Assembly: GCF_016433145.1 (NCBI RefSeq)
Contig: NC_058133.1
Span: forward strand, 257,983,264-258,047,263
Source of the DNA: Gracilinanus agilis
Lineage: Eukaryota
DNA length: 64,000 bases
Direction: 5' to 3'
Shown: in pieces, positions 24,272-35,900 of the stretch
Layout of the letters: every line of letters starts with the position of its first letter
Numbering within the stretch: position 1 is the first letter of the stretch
Program-made: the position numbers and the translations under genes
The notes under the pieces: model-generated
Database searches by the model: none
Told to the model about the DNA's origin: nothing
What the model saw: the letters and a program-made list of their open reading frames with translations, nothing else

Positions 24272-27200
24272 TTTCCCTAGTTTGAGACTCAAAGTGACCC
24301 AGAACTAGCCCAAAGATGGTGATTCTGATCCTGGAGAGAGAGAGAGAGGAGAAGATAGCCTCTGGTCAGCTGGTTCCTTTCAAATGCTCAGGCACAGGAA
24401 TGGACTTCCCATAGCACAAACCTAATAATAACAATAACTTTTACATTACGAAGACTAAGATTATATAATTATTATATATAATACGTGGTTATTATATATA
24501 ATGTATAATATAATTATGAGGTTCAAGTTCACCTTTATATCATGATATATGGTTTCTAGAGTAATTTTAAACCTATTATGTTATATGATCTCACAACTCG
24601 GACAAATAAGGAAATGGAGTTTGAGAAGTATCTTCCCTAAGTAGAAGGTGACAGAGCAAAACTCTTTATATCTAATTGATGTGGGCTGACAGTGGGATGT
24701 CTATAGAAATGGGACCCTCATACTCTGAAATCTTGCATTTCTCACTAGTTAGCCCTAGTTAAATATCAACTGCAAAACTTGTAGTTTCAACATTACTTGA
24801 GCATGAATTGTAGACTGTTCAATTATCCACTCTGTGTACTAGATCTTTAACATTCTGTACTAGGCAACAGTTTTGTACCTACTCTGTTTTATTAATTGCT
24901 TATATTGTTCTTAGAAATAATTAATTACCTCAATCCATGTTCCCACTCTAGAAGGGCAGCAAGACCTCTCCCATATTGACAAATGATGACAAGGTAGACA
25001 ATAGAGGAACATGGAACCTGAACACTGGGAACTCTGGCACTCCAGAAGAATCCCCCAATCTTGTGCATGCTCCTTATTTCCTATGGCAACAAACCCCAAA
25101 ACATGCTACCACTTGGGAGAAAGGGAGATGCTAAGCAACCAGACCCCAATAAATATGCCAACCCTGATTCACAAGGTATGGAAGCTTCCACTCTACAGCA
25201 GAGCTGCTACTCCATACTATCAGCTCCAAAGAGGCTACTCTACTGCCTTTGGGCTTATCCATCAGTCCTAAGGCTACCTGATTAGCACCCAGACTATTAT
25301 ACCAGTATTAGGCTATTATACCACTGTAAACTACTTCTCAATAAATGCCTGAATGAATGAGAGAGAGCTTGCATTCATTCTCAGGTCTTTTGCTTCCAAC
25401 TTCTTAGATCTTTCTACTATTGGTAATTTCTGTCCTTTTCCATCATGATAATAGCATCCTTGTTGAGTGTATGCAATTTCTGATGACATAAGTGTACTCC
25501 AACAACCCAATCACTGAAACTTTCAAGCATATCTCCATTTTTGCTCCTGACAGCCCAAGCCACTCAGAAACTTTTTGGGTGGGAGTTTCAGCCAATTCCC
25601 AGATCAACTGAGTTGAGGATACAGAGACTTTCTCTTTTTGCTTTCCCTGCCAATCTCTGTAGTTTTACATTATTTTAACCCAGGGGTTTTCTGCTTGAAA
25701 TAAGAAGTGCTGTTTATTGAATGAGTCAACAGGAATGCAAACTTCACCCTTGCTCTGTCCTCATTTTCTTTCACTTTCCTAACCCTATAGTTAACTAATT
25801 CAACTATGTGCTGCCAACTACTCTTCAAACTCTTGCTTGTTATCCAATCATGTCTTGCCCAGACAAATACCTTCCCTCCCACCACTCCATGGTAGCTGAA
25901 TGCCACTGAAGAAAACGCAATTGTATAGACTGGGTCAAGTACAAGTATAAACTTGTTCTCTAATTTCAACTGTGTCCTCGTGCCACAAGGCTTTCTTTCT
26001 CTTCTCCCCCAATTTATTTTTTATCTCACTTCTTAGATTTGTTGCTCCAAACCTCTTCTCTCCTTAACCTCCAGATACCTTTCTCTGCCCTCCTTTTCTG
26101 TAGAAGGATTCACCTAAAAAATGACTGAGTTTATAGATACCACCATTATGAGTTCCCTATTCTTTATTTTCCACAGCAAACCCCTTCTCCACCCTGTCTT
26201 ATTTTCTCCTCTTTTGTTCAAGTCTTTCATAATAAAATGACTGTTCTTCTTAACAAGATCACCTTATTTATTTTTGCCCCTAACTTCATCCTTTCATCAC
26301 TTCCTTTCAAGAGCTTTATCTCTACAGTGATCAATTGTGAACTGTGAAGGACTAAACTATTATCAGCAGAGGAAGTCTCAAAGATAACCATAAGGAACTC
26401 ATCATGAAGAAGGAACTATTGGAGTCTATGTGCAGATTAAAGAATTCTATCTTCCACTATATTTTCTTTATGAAGTTTCTGTTGCATATGTGATATGTGA
26501 CTTCCATAAAGAATGAGCAACATGGAAATATGTATTATAAGAAAGTATGCGTATAACCTACATCAGACTATTTTATACTATCTTGGGGGATAGGGGGAGG
26601 TTAGTGAGGGAAAAACCATAAATTCTAAAATGTCAAAAGATAATTTTCAAAAATTATTTACACACGTAACTGAAAAAAGAAAAAGAGCTTGCCCTCATAA
26701 TCATTGCCATCTCTTTCTCATCTTCGATTTCTCCTAATTTGTTGTTCCTTTCCCTGTTGCCTCTGAATATACTCCTACCTCCCTCATCTTTTAAAAAAAC
26801 CCACTCTATGACTATTCCATTCCCAAAGTTATTGTCTCATATATTTCTTCCATTTCATGGTCAAACTTCTACAAAGTTCTGTCTATATTAATGTCTCCTT
26901 CCTCACCCCTCACTCACTCTTAAAAAAAAAATCCTTACCTTCTCACTTAGTATCATTTCTAAAACAGAAATTCAGGGAGGTCTAGGCAGTTGAGGTTAAG
27001 TGGCTTGCTCAGGGCCACATATCTAAGAGGTCAGAGTCAAACCCCAGTCCTCTGACTTTTCAGACCTGCTGCTCCTTCCACTGTGCTACCTAACTGCTTC
27101 TCACACTCTCTTTAAATGGGTCCCACTACTCAACCAAAACTGTTGTATCCAAGATTACCAAGGATATTTTAATGGACAAATCTAATGTCTTTCCCCCACC

Positions 27201-27413
27201 TCAGTCCTCTTCCTTCTTAACCCCTCTAAAGAATTTGGCATTGCTGACTTCCCTTTCTTCCTAAATATTCTCTCCTACCTGGGTTTTTGTGCAATTGTTC
27301 TTTCTAAGTTCATCTCCCATCTGTTTGTCTGATTCTTCTCAATTTCTTTTCTTAGATCATCATCTATGACCCATTATTTAATTATGTATATAGTATAAGG
27401 CTATACACTAAAC

Positions 27414-27606
27414 CAGTGATTCCCAAAGTGGGTGCTACCGCCCCCTGGTGGGTGCTGCAGTGATCCAGGGAGGCGGTGATGGCCACAGATGCATTTATCT
27501 TTCCTATTAATTGCTAGTGAAATTAAAAAAATTAATTTCCAGGGGGCTAAGTAATATTTTTTTTCTGGAAAGGGGGCAGTAGGCCAAAAAAGTTTGGGAA
27601 CCACTG
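27414..27606. mobile_element. 193-bp hAT/Charlie-type MITE
   Basis: TIRs CAGTGATTCCCAAA and TTTGGGAACCACTG (13 of 14 complementary). 8-bp flanks cactaaac/tactagac (6 of 8), fitting a hAT TSD. Confidence 0.85.
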
Positions 27607-30600
27607 TACTAGACCCTCTCTTTTTCTGTTCATGCATCTTCTTTCCTGGTCATCTCTTAAGAGGTTTCATTATTACTTTTAAGCAGATGAACCCTAAATC
27701 TATATATCTAGTCCTCATCTCTCTCCTCTGTTCTTGTTTCATATAACAACTGTTTCCTGGATATCTATTTCTACTAGGATAAATAGCTCAAACTCAATAT
27801 TTCTAAAATAGGATTGAATCATTTTTTCAAAACCTGTACTTCCTCTAAAATTTCCTTTTTAATTCTAGTCACTGCTTTGAAACTCAACATCAATTCTTCC
27901 TCTTTCTTACCTCTACTCCATAGCTCATAAGTTGCCTTATTTTGTCAACTCTAAATCCAAAATAGACCTCTTGGGTCTATTTCCTGCTTTCCACTCATAC
28001 GTTAATTATATCAACTCAGATCCTCATCACTACTCACCGGTACTATTGCAACAGCCTTCCTAATCAGTTTCTCTTCTTCCATTTGTTTTTCTCTCCAATC
28101 TCTCCTCTTCACAAATGCTTAAAGTACTTACTACCAACATTACTCTCCAGGTTATGAATTTTCAGGAACTCTCCATTGTCTCTAAAACAAAATATAAATT
28201 CCTAAACTAAGTGCTTAATGCTTTTTATAATCTTGTTCCAGTCTACCTTTCCAAACTTATTTCACATTTCTCCTCTTGTCATATTCTCTTTTCTAGACAG
28301 ACTAGTTTACTTGGTGTTACCTAACTTGGCATTCCTCTGGCTTCATGCTTTTGTCTTCCTTGATTTCCTCAACTACAATTAATAATATGACCTACCACTC
28401 AGTTGTAAGGATCAAATGAGATAATATGCATAAAGTACTTGGCACAACATATGATACACTTAATAAATGCTTGTTTCCTAATCATCCTTTACTCTTATTC
28501 ATTTCTACATATCTAAATTAGAGAACAAGTTTGTCTATCATTAGTGTTCTCTCTTTCCTCAAATCATATTGCATTTATTAATCTGTTTAAATCTTTTATT
28601 GCCCCTCACCTCTGCCTGTAGAATGTAAGCATTCCTCAGGTAGTAATTGTTTATCTTGTCTTGTCTTTTATATCTCCAGTGTCTCGTACCACTTTTTGCA
28701 CACTTTTGGAAGGGCTTGGATTGTGTGAAGCTTGGACCCTTGATTTCACCTTTATAGAAAGACTTCAGAATGAAAACTCCCTCTATTAATGCAGACACAC
28801 AAATATTTTGTAATTTATAGCCCTCAAGTGTCATCTAGGGGCAGTGATAGGGTGACACAATGAGTATACATCAGAAGTAAAAGTTGAAATTGGATCTTCC
28901 CTTCCCTCCCCTTCCCAGGTCTCCATCACATACTTTTCATCTTGCCCATAGTTGGAAATTAATACATATTTGTAAATTGTATAAAATTGGCTCTATTTAG
29001 TGTCAATGAGTATAGAACAGGCATTTCATCATCTTTTTTTTTTCACAAACTCCCAGTAGCTGTCTTAACTCCATTTTCCATAACCCAGTAGAAGAACTTG
29101 AACTGGGAATTAGGAACCTTGGTTCAGAGTTCTGTCTCTGTTATTAATTCAGTATGTGACCTTCAGCAAATGATTTCATTGGCTGTACTTTAGTTTTCTC
29201 ATTTGCCAAAGGGAGATATTATTTCTTGTCCACTCTCAATTCACAAGTCTTCACAGGAGGGCATATATGTGAAAAAACTTTGGAAAATAGGTAGAGGCTG
29301 GGACATCTAGGTGGCTCAGTGGATAGAGATCCAAGCTTGGAAATAGGAAGTCCTGGGTTCAAATCTGACCTCAGACACTTCCTAGCTATATGACCCTGGG
29401 CAAGTCACTTAATTTCATTGCTTAGTCCTTCTTCCTCTTCTGCCTTGGAACCAATACTTAGTAGTGATTCTAAGGGGCTAAGTTGATGCAAAGAGAATTG
29501 ATGAAAAATGTAACTAATAAAAGGAGTAAAATGTATTTGTTTTGCCTGATTTAAAAAAAATCTAATTTTATTTGCATGTCAATTAAAGACAGTCTTGGAA
29601 TTGAGGCAGGTTTCAACATCACATGTAGGTTTAGGGGCACCAGAGACCTTAGAATTTGTCTCAGGGACACATGACACAATCAGAGGTTAAATCAAAGTTA
29701 TAAGAAATTTCCTTACTTTAGATTAGTTAGTTGTCTGGGACAACAGACCTTGAATGAGCACTGAACAAAACATCATCCAAAAGATCAGATTTAATCTTAG
29801 TTTGGGAACTTCTCCTGGCTTTGTTAGCTCCCCAAGTGTGTGATTGCTTTAGGTATAATCTATACTTCTTTACACAACTGTCAAATTGAAAATTTGAAAG
29901 CACACATCATTCATCTGATCAAGGGTATGCAGTGACTCTCAACTACTTCTGGGATAAAATTCAGAATCCTCTTTGAGTTGTTCTAAAATTCTTTGCAACC
30001 TCTTATTTCTATTTGAGTGTGCTCTATATTTTAGCCAAAGAAGAACAGGAGTGCTTGCTGTATTCTATTTCATCTTTTGCCTCCATGATTTTGGATAAGC
30101 CTACTCCATATGTGGAACCCATTACAACACTACTGCAATAGCAGAGATAAGAGGTTATCAGAGCCTGAACTAGGTAGTGAGTAGAAAAAAGAAAGAATAA
30201 ATGCTAGAGATCTTGTGGTGGCAAAAAAGAGAAGAACTGACAATGCATTGGATATGCTTCAAGTCCAGGACTCTTTTCATTATACCAGAAAGCTTCTTTA
30301 TTGTATAATTTTCCTCATTTTACAGATGAGGAAACTGTGGTTCATTGAGACTGAGTGGCAAGACTGACTCCAAGTCCAGTGCTTCTTAAACTACAGGAGG
30401 CTTCATCAGGCTAAACTGATGAATAAACTATTATTGCCACAAGACCTGAGCATGCCAGGCTACTCTGCCAAAAATTGACTATATTTCCAGCTTTCAAGCC
30501 TATGCCCCCTCCATGGTCCACACTAAATTCACAGATCAATATCTCCCACTTACAATTTAAAGAAACAAACTACTCACAGGGCATTAACTAGTTCTGTCCT

Positions 30601-32859
30601 GGGCCTTCTCTTCAATCTGTCAGAGATCCCTGGGCAATCATTCACAGGCAACAGGCCATTGCCACGGAAATCTTCTGTGGGGTACACAGAGGGTGGAGCA
30701 ACCAAAGGGAGTGGAGGAGAGGAACCAAAGGTTTTCTTCCCAGAGTCCTGGACTCAGGAAGGGTGTAAAAACCAAGGTCCACTAGTGAGGGCAATAGGAG
30801 TAAGGGCAGAATGAGGCTGGCTTGGAGCTCTTCTCTTCTGGATTTCAACATGAACAGCATGAATTTCCACTGACTGCGACCATAGTTCAATCAGAAATGA
30901 AAGTTGATCCTGAGCAACAGAGATTTTGGATTGAATTGAGTAACATTTTCATTGTAGGTCATAAGACATGATATAGAGCCCTGGAGCAAGTTTCAGCTGA
31001 GTCAATAGATGAATTTCAACAACCTTTCCTCACATTTAGAAGCTGTCTCCCTGACTCCTGCCCATTAAAGCTTCATCTGGCCAATAATACAGAAAGCAAC
31101 CAGGAACCACCCTAAACACATAGTGTCCTCCTGCAGCTGGAGTGGAATCCCACGCTTTAGATCTTTCCTGAAATATTCCTGCCATTTGCCTTGGCTAAGA
31201 CTTGACCAATCCCTCTAGTGTTTTAGTTCCTTAGAATAATGGAATCATAGGCTGAGACGCTGGAGATGGAAGGAATTTGAGGTCACCTAGTAAAAACCTC
31301 CCCTTTTTTCACAGATGAGGAAACTAGAGTCTAAAAAGGAAAGTGAAGCAACTTGAGCAAAGTAGTCAGATAACGTGAGGGCAAGGATTATGGTGTAGCA
31401 CTGCTGATTTCTGTTCCAGTGTGCTTTCTCCAATAGTATATGGCCTTTATGATTGCAAGTTTTACCTCTTCCAATGATGGTGTAATGTGATGAGAGATTC
31501 CATGGAGATAATACCAGAATCCACAGGAGTAATTATGACGATTAAAATTTTAGTCACTGAGAAAGGTGGGCCTTGAGAATCTATTTGAATGCCATGGCAT
31601 AGCTGGTTGCTATCTGTGATTGAGTGCTATCTATGTCTGAATCCCTACCTTTGTGGGCCATGGTATGTACTATTGAGTAACAAACTAGAAAAATGAGGAT
31701 GAAGTCCTTGTTATCTCAATTGGAGATGGAATCTGGAGCTGGGAAGAACTCAAAAAGCATAAAGGAAGAAGACCATCATGAAGGGTCTGGGAAGGGTGAT
31801 CTTGACCAGCTAACACCCAAAGACTAGATCCTTGTAATCTTTACTTACAAGCCATAAGGTTTCATATTGTACTTTTTTCTGTCAAAGGACAAGACTTTAA
31901 CTCTGCACCCCTATCTACTTGTGATTTTTGTTCTTCCTGTCTTCCCTATCCCTGATATATCCAGAGTTTTAACTCCAAGAATTTCCTCACATTTATGTCA
32001 GGCAGAATGATATTCTCAGACAGAAGAACTGGAATCTAGGCTTGGTTCTAATATAAATTTCTACAGATATAACCTTTACTTCTTTGAGCTTTAGTTTCCT
32101 CAACTGGAAAGTGGGCAAAAACTATTGGTCTTACCCACCTGTCAATACTTTTTGTAGAGATTAAATGAATTAAAATATATGTTTGATATATATTTGAAAC
32201 ATTGTGAATCACCTGGGAAGGGGGGACCCTGTCCATATATAGACATTATGGAAAGTCTACCCAAGTCCAAGAGAACTCTGTGCATCTAAATTCCCATAGG
32301 TCACAAGTTCCCACCACTGTGTTTACTTCTACTAGTGAGACAAAGCACATAATTAGTCTAAAACTAAGACATTTAATATGATGATATAGTAAGAAAAAGA
32401 GCAATAGAATATGTATACCAGAAATCTGGGGTACATACTTTCACAAATACATATAATGTTAGTAGAAACATTGGATATGCTCTGAAGATAAATGTGGAGG
32501 GGCACACACATATAGAACATATATGTGACCAGGCCTAATGAATGAAGGGTACACACAGAAAATAGTAGTGGCCCATGCCACACTCTAGAGCAGGGGTCAG
32601 CAACGTATGGCTCTCGAGCCATATCTGGCTCCACCTCCAGTCCAGGCAGAGCCCTAGGATGTGCCCCAGGGGGCCCTTCAGCCCCCACCCCATATTCCAG
32701 ATATTTACCCTGAAGAACATGTAGCGCCCAAGATCATTTCAGAAGCAATCTGAGGGTTTGAGAAATGAGTTATCCAAGTCCTTGGCCCCCAAAGTACTAT
32801 CTCCTGTTTGCCCCTGGAGTTTCAACCTTCTTGGGAATGACTGAAGGTAGAGACAGAGT

Positions 32860-32957
32860 TTAGGATTGGGAAACAGCTCTAGGAAAATCTTGTTGCTGTG
32901 GATCAGTGTTTATAACTCCTTTTAAACATGAGTCTTCTTTGGTTCCAGAATAGGAAT
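32860..32957 (-). CDS. Candidate class II beta cytoplasmic-tail terminal exon
   Basis: Very strong acceptor ttttttttttgtttttctcccacag|AT. Phase 1 gives [32 protein letters not shown] in frame with the TM exon. ATTAAA at 32372-32377 (minus) lies downstream. Confidence 0.6.
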
Positions 32958-35900
32958 CTGTGGGAGAAAAACAAAAAAAAAATTCAGTCTGAAAAAACCA
33001 CAATCCCCTAGAATTGTTATAATTGTATACTATCCAACCATTCAAGGTTTGTGACTAGGAGAACCATATTGGTCCCAGGCAAAGGGAGCAAAGAGTCTTA
33101 ACTAGTGCTTATGTGGAGAGAGACAAATAGATAGACAGAGACAGACAGACAGAGATAGAGTCGGTGGCAGAGAGAAACACAGAGATGAGACAGAAAGACA
33201 CAGAGGCAGAAAGAGAGACAGAGACAGAGAGACAAAGATAGAGACACAGAGAGACAGAGAAAAAAAGTCAGAAAGAAACAGAGACAGACAGAGGTAAAGA
33301 CAGGGACAGTGACAGAGATAATAGGCAGAAACAGAGGCAGAGCAAAAGAAAGACAAAGACAGAGAAAGAGGGATTGACAGAGGTAGAGAGGGAGAGGTAC
33401 AGATGTAGAGACATGATCCTTAAGGCTATCAGAATGCTCAGTATAATAAGACTGGAATCACTTCAGTATTCCCTGTAAAGGAGATGGGGGAAGGAGTGTG
33501 TAGTTTACATCTTGGCTTCCTTCAAAATCCTCTCAAACACTAATATGGTGCTGGGTGTCAGACAGAGAACTTCATGGAGTGCCTGGATTCTGTGGATCCA
33601 CAGAATTCTCTGGAAGGAGGTCACTGATGGCTGTAAGCAGCTTATGGAAAGATAGTTGGAAAAAGCCTTTCCTTTTTTCTGTCTCAGATGACTAATCTGT
33701 AGTATTTTGGTTCCTCCAAGGCTAACTGAGTCCTGTAAGACTGGATTTTACTAGCTCCCTGAGTTCTGAAGTTTAGTCCCCTAGGTTCAGCTCCTTCCCT
33801 GGGATCAACACAGAAGGAAACTATAATCAGACCTGATGTCCAGAACCTCATCTCAAAACCACTTCTCTCAAATGGTGAGCTCCAGGACCCTCCTCTTACC
33901 TTTTGAGCTTCTGTGTCGGATGACAAGTCCTGCTCCAAGTAAGATCAGTCCAAACACCAGGCCCCCAACTCCAGTCAGCATCTTAGTCTGGGCAGATTCT
34001 GACTGTGCTCCTGGGGAAAAACATATCCCAAGGTTATTATACATCTACTTTTCCTACCTTAGGATATCTGCTAGAGGTCCTGAAGCCTATCCCGTAATTT
34101 GGGGTTTAGAAAGGATTTAAGGGTGCCTTTGGGAAGGAAGAGAGATATTATAGAAAGTACCTTTTTGGAGTCAGGAATTAAGGGGTCTTTTAAACCTGCT
34201 GATTTCAGAAACTAGCTTCTATACTCTGGGACTCTAAAGGCTGAAATCAGAGCCCCTGAAAAAGGATCAGCTCCTGAACCTGAAGGCTATTCAGAAAAAT
34301 AACTGCACCCCACATCTCTTGGAAAAAGAGAGGACCAGAATTTCACAGGTACTCTGCTTTGCAATGGAAATCTCCCAGAAGCTCAGGGTTTATGTTGGAG
34401 GGAGGGGATTGAGTGTGCAAAATTTAGGGAATAGGTTTTGAAATAAGCACATGAGAAAGTGTTCTAAATCTCTAGTAATTAGAGAAATGCAAATCAAAAC
34501 AACTCTGAGGTACCACCTCACACCTAGCAGATTGACTAAAATGATAGCAGGAGAGAGTAATGAATGTTGGAGGGGATGTGGCAAAACTGGGACATTAATG
34601 CATTGCTGGTGGAGTTGTGAACTGATCCAACCATTCTGGTTAGCAATTTGGAACTATGCTCAAATGGCTATAAAAGAATGCCTACCCTTTGATCCAGCCA
34701 TACCATTGCTGGGTTTGTACCCCAAAGAGATCATAGATAAACAGACTTGTATGAAAATATTTATAGCTGCACTTTTTTGTGGTGGCAAAAAACTGGAAAA
34801 GGAGGGTATGCCCTTCAATTGGGGAATGGCTGAACAAATTGTGGTATATGCTGGTGATGGAATACTATTGTGCTCAAAGGAATAATAAACTGGAGGAATT
34901 GCATGTGAACTGGAAAGACCTCCAGGAACTGATGCAGAGCGAAAGGAGCAGAGCCAGAAGAACATTGTACACAGAGACTGATACACTGTGATAAAATCAA
35001 ATGTAATGGACTTTTGTACTGGCAGCAATGCAATGACTCAGGACAATTCTGAGGGATTTATGGTAAAGAATGCTACCCACATTCAGAGGAAGAACTACAG
35101 GAGTGGAAACACAGAAGAAAAACAACAGCTTGAACACATGGGTTGATGCGGGCATGGTTGGGGATGTAGACACTAAATGACCACACCAATGTAATAATCA
35201 ACAATATGTAAATAAGCCTTGATTGATCACACATCTTAAAACCAGTGGAAATGCGTGCTGGATATGGGGGGGTGAAGGGGTGAAGGGGAAAGTAAAAACA
35301 GGAAACATGTAACCATGGAAAATGTTTCTGAAAAAATAAAATATTAAAAAAAAAAGATTTAGGGAATAGGGAAAGCAGATTTATTCTGAGAGTCCCTGAA
35401 ATCTTCCCTGTCTCTCGAGTGTGGGGACCAGGGATTTATGAAATCAACTCTTACTCCAATCCACGAAGACAGGGCTCTGCAAGCTGACGTGGTCCACACA
35501 GCAAGTAAAGACGTCTCCCCTTTGGGGGGTCATTTCCAGCATGACAAGGGTCTGGAAGGTCCAGTCGCCATTCCGGATTAGGCCCGTAGACAGGACTCCA
35601 GATTTCTCTTCTTTTGCATTTTTGAACCAGCTGACCTTTATCTCACCAGGATAAAAACTGGTCACAGAACAGAGGAGCAGGTTGTGGTGCCCGAGTGGTT
35701 GTGTTTTTACTGGGAAAACTTTCACTCGGGGCTGGACTGGATGAGAGATAGACTTGTTAGGGAGGTAAACTGTTCTTGGATCTTCTGACCCTTCCCATAT
35801 TCATAGGGCTGTATCCTTTTAGTCATCTCCTATGATTTTAAAATAATGCCTCCTGGCTTTTGTTTTGATCCTTTCCTATGAGGCTTAACTCTGGTGCTAT

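Noticed and set aside
24911-25285. Cluster of three short ORFs and a possible GAG|GTAATT donor near 24920
   Set aside because: No recognisable protein motif and no convincing exon definition.
33102-33356. 84-aa Leu/Ser/Cys-rich ORF
   Set aside because: Translation of the GA-rich repeat.
34451-34991. 144-aa and 70-aa ORFs as host genes
   Set aside because: Frameshifted L1 ORF2 C-terminus inside a 5'-truncated insertion.
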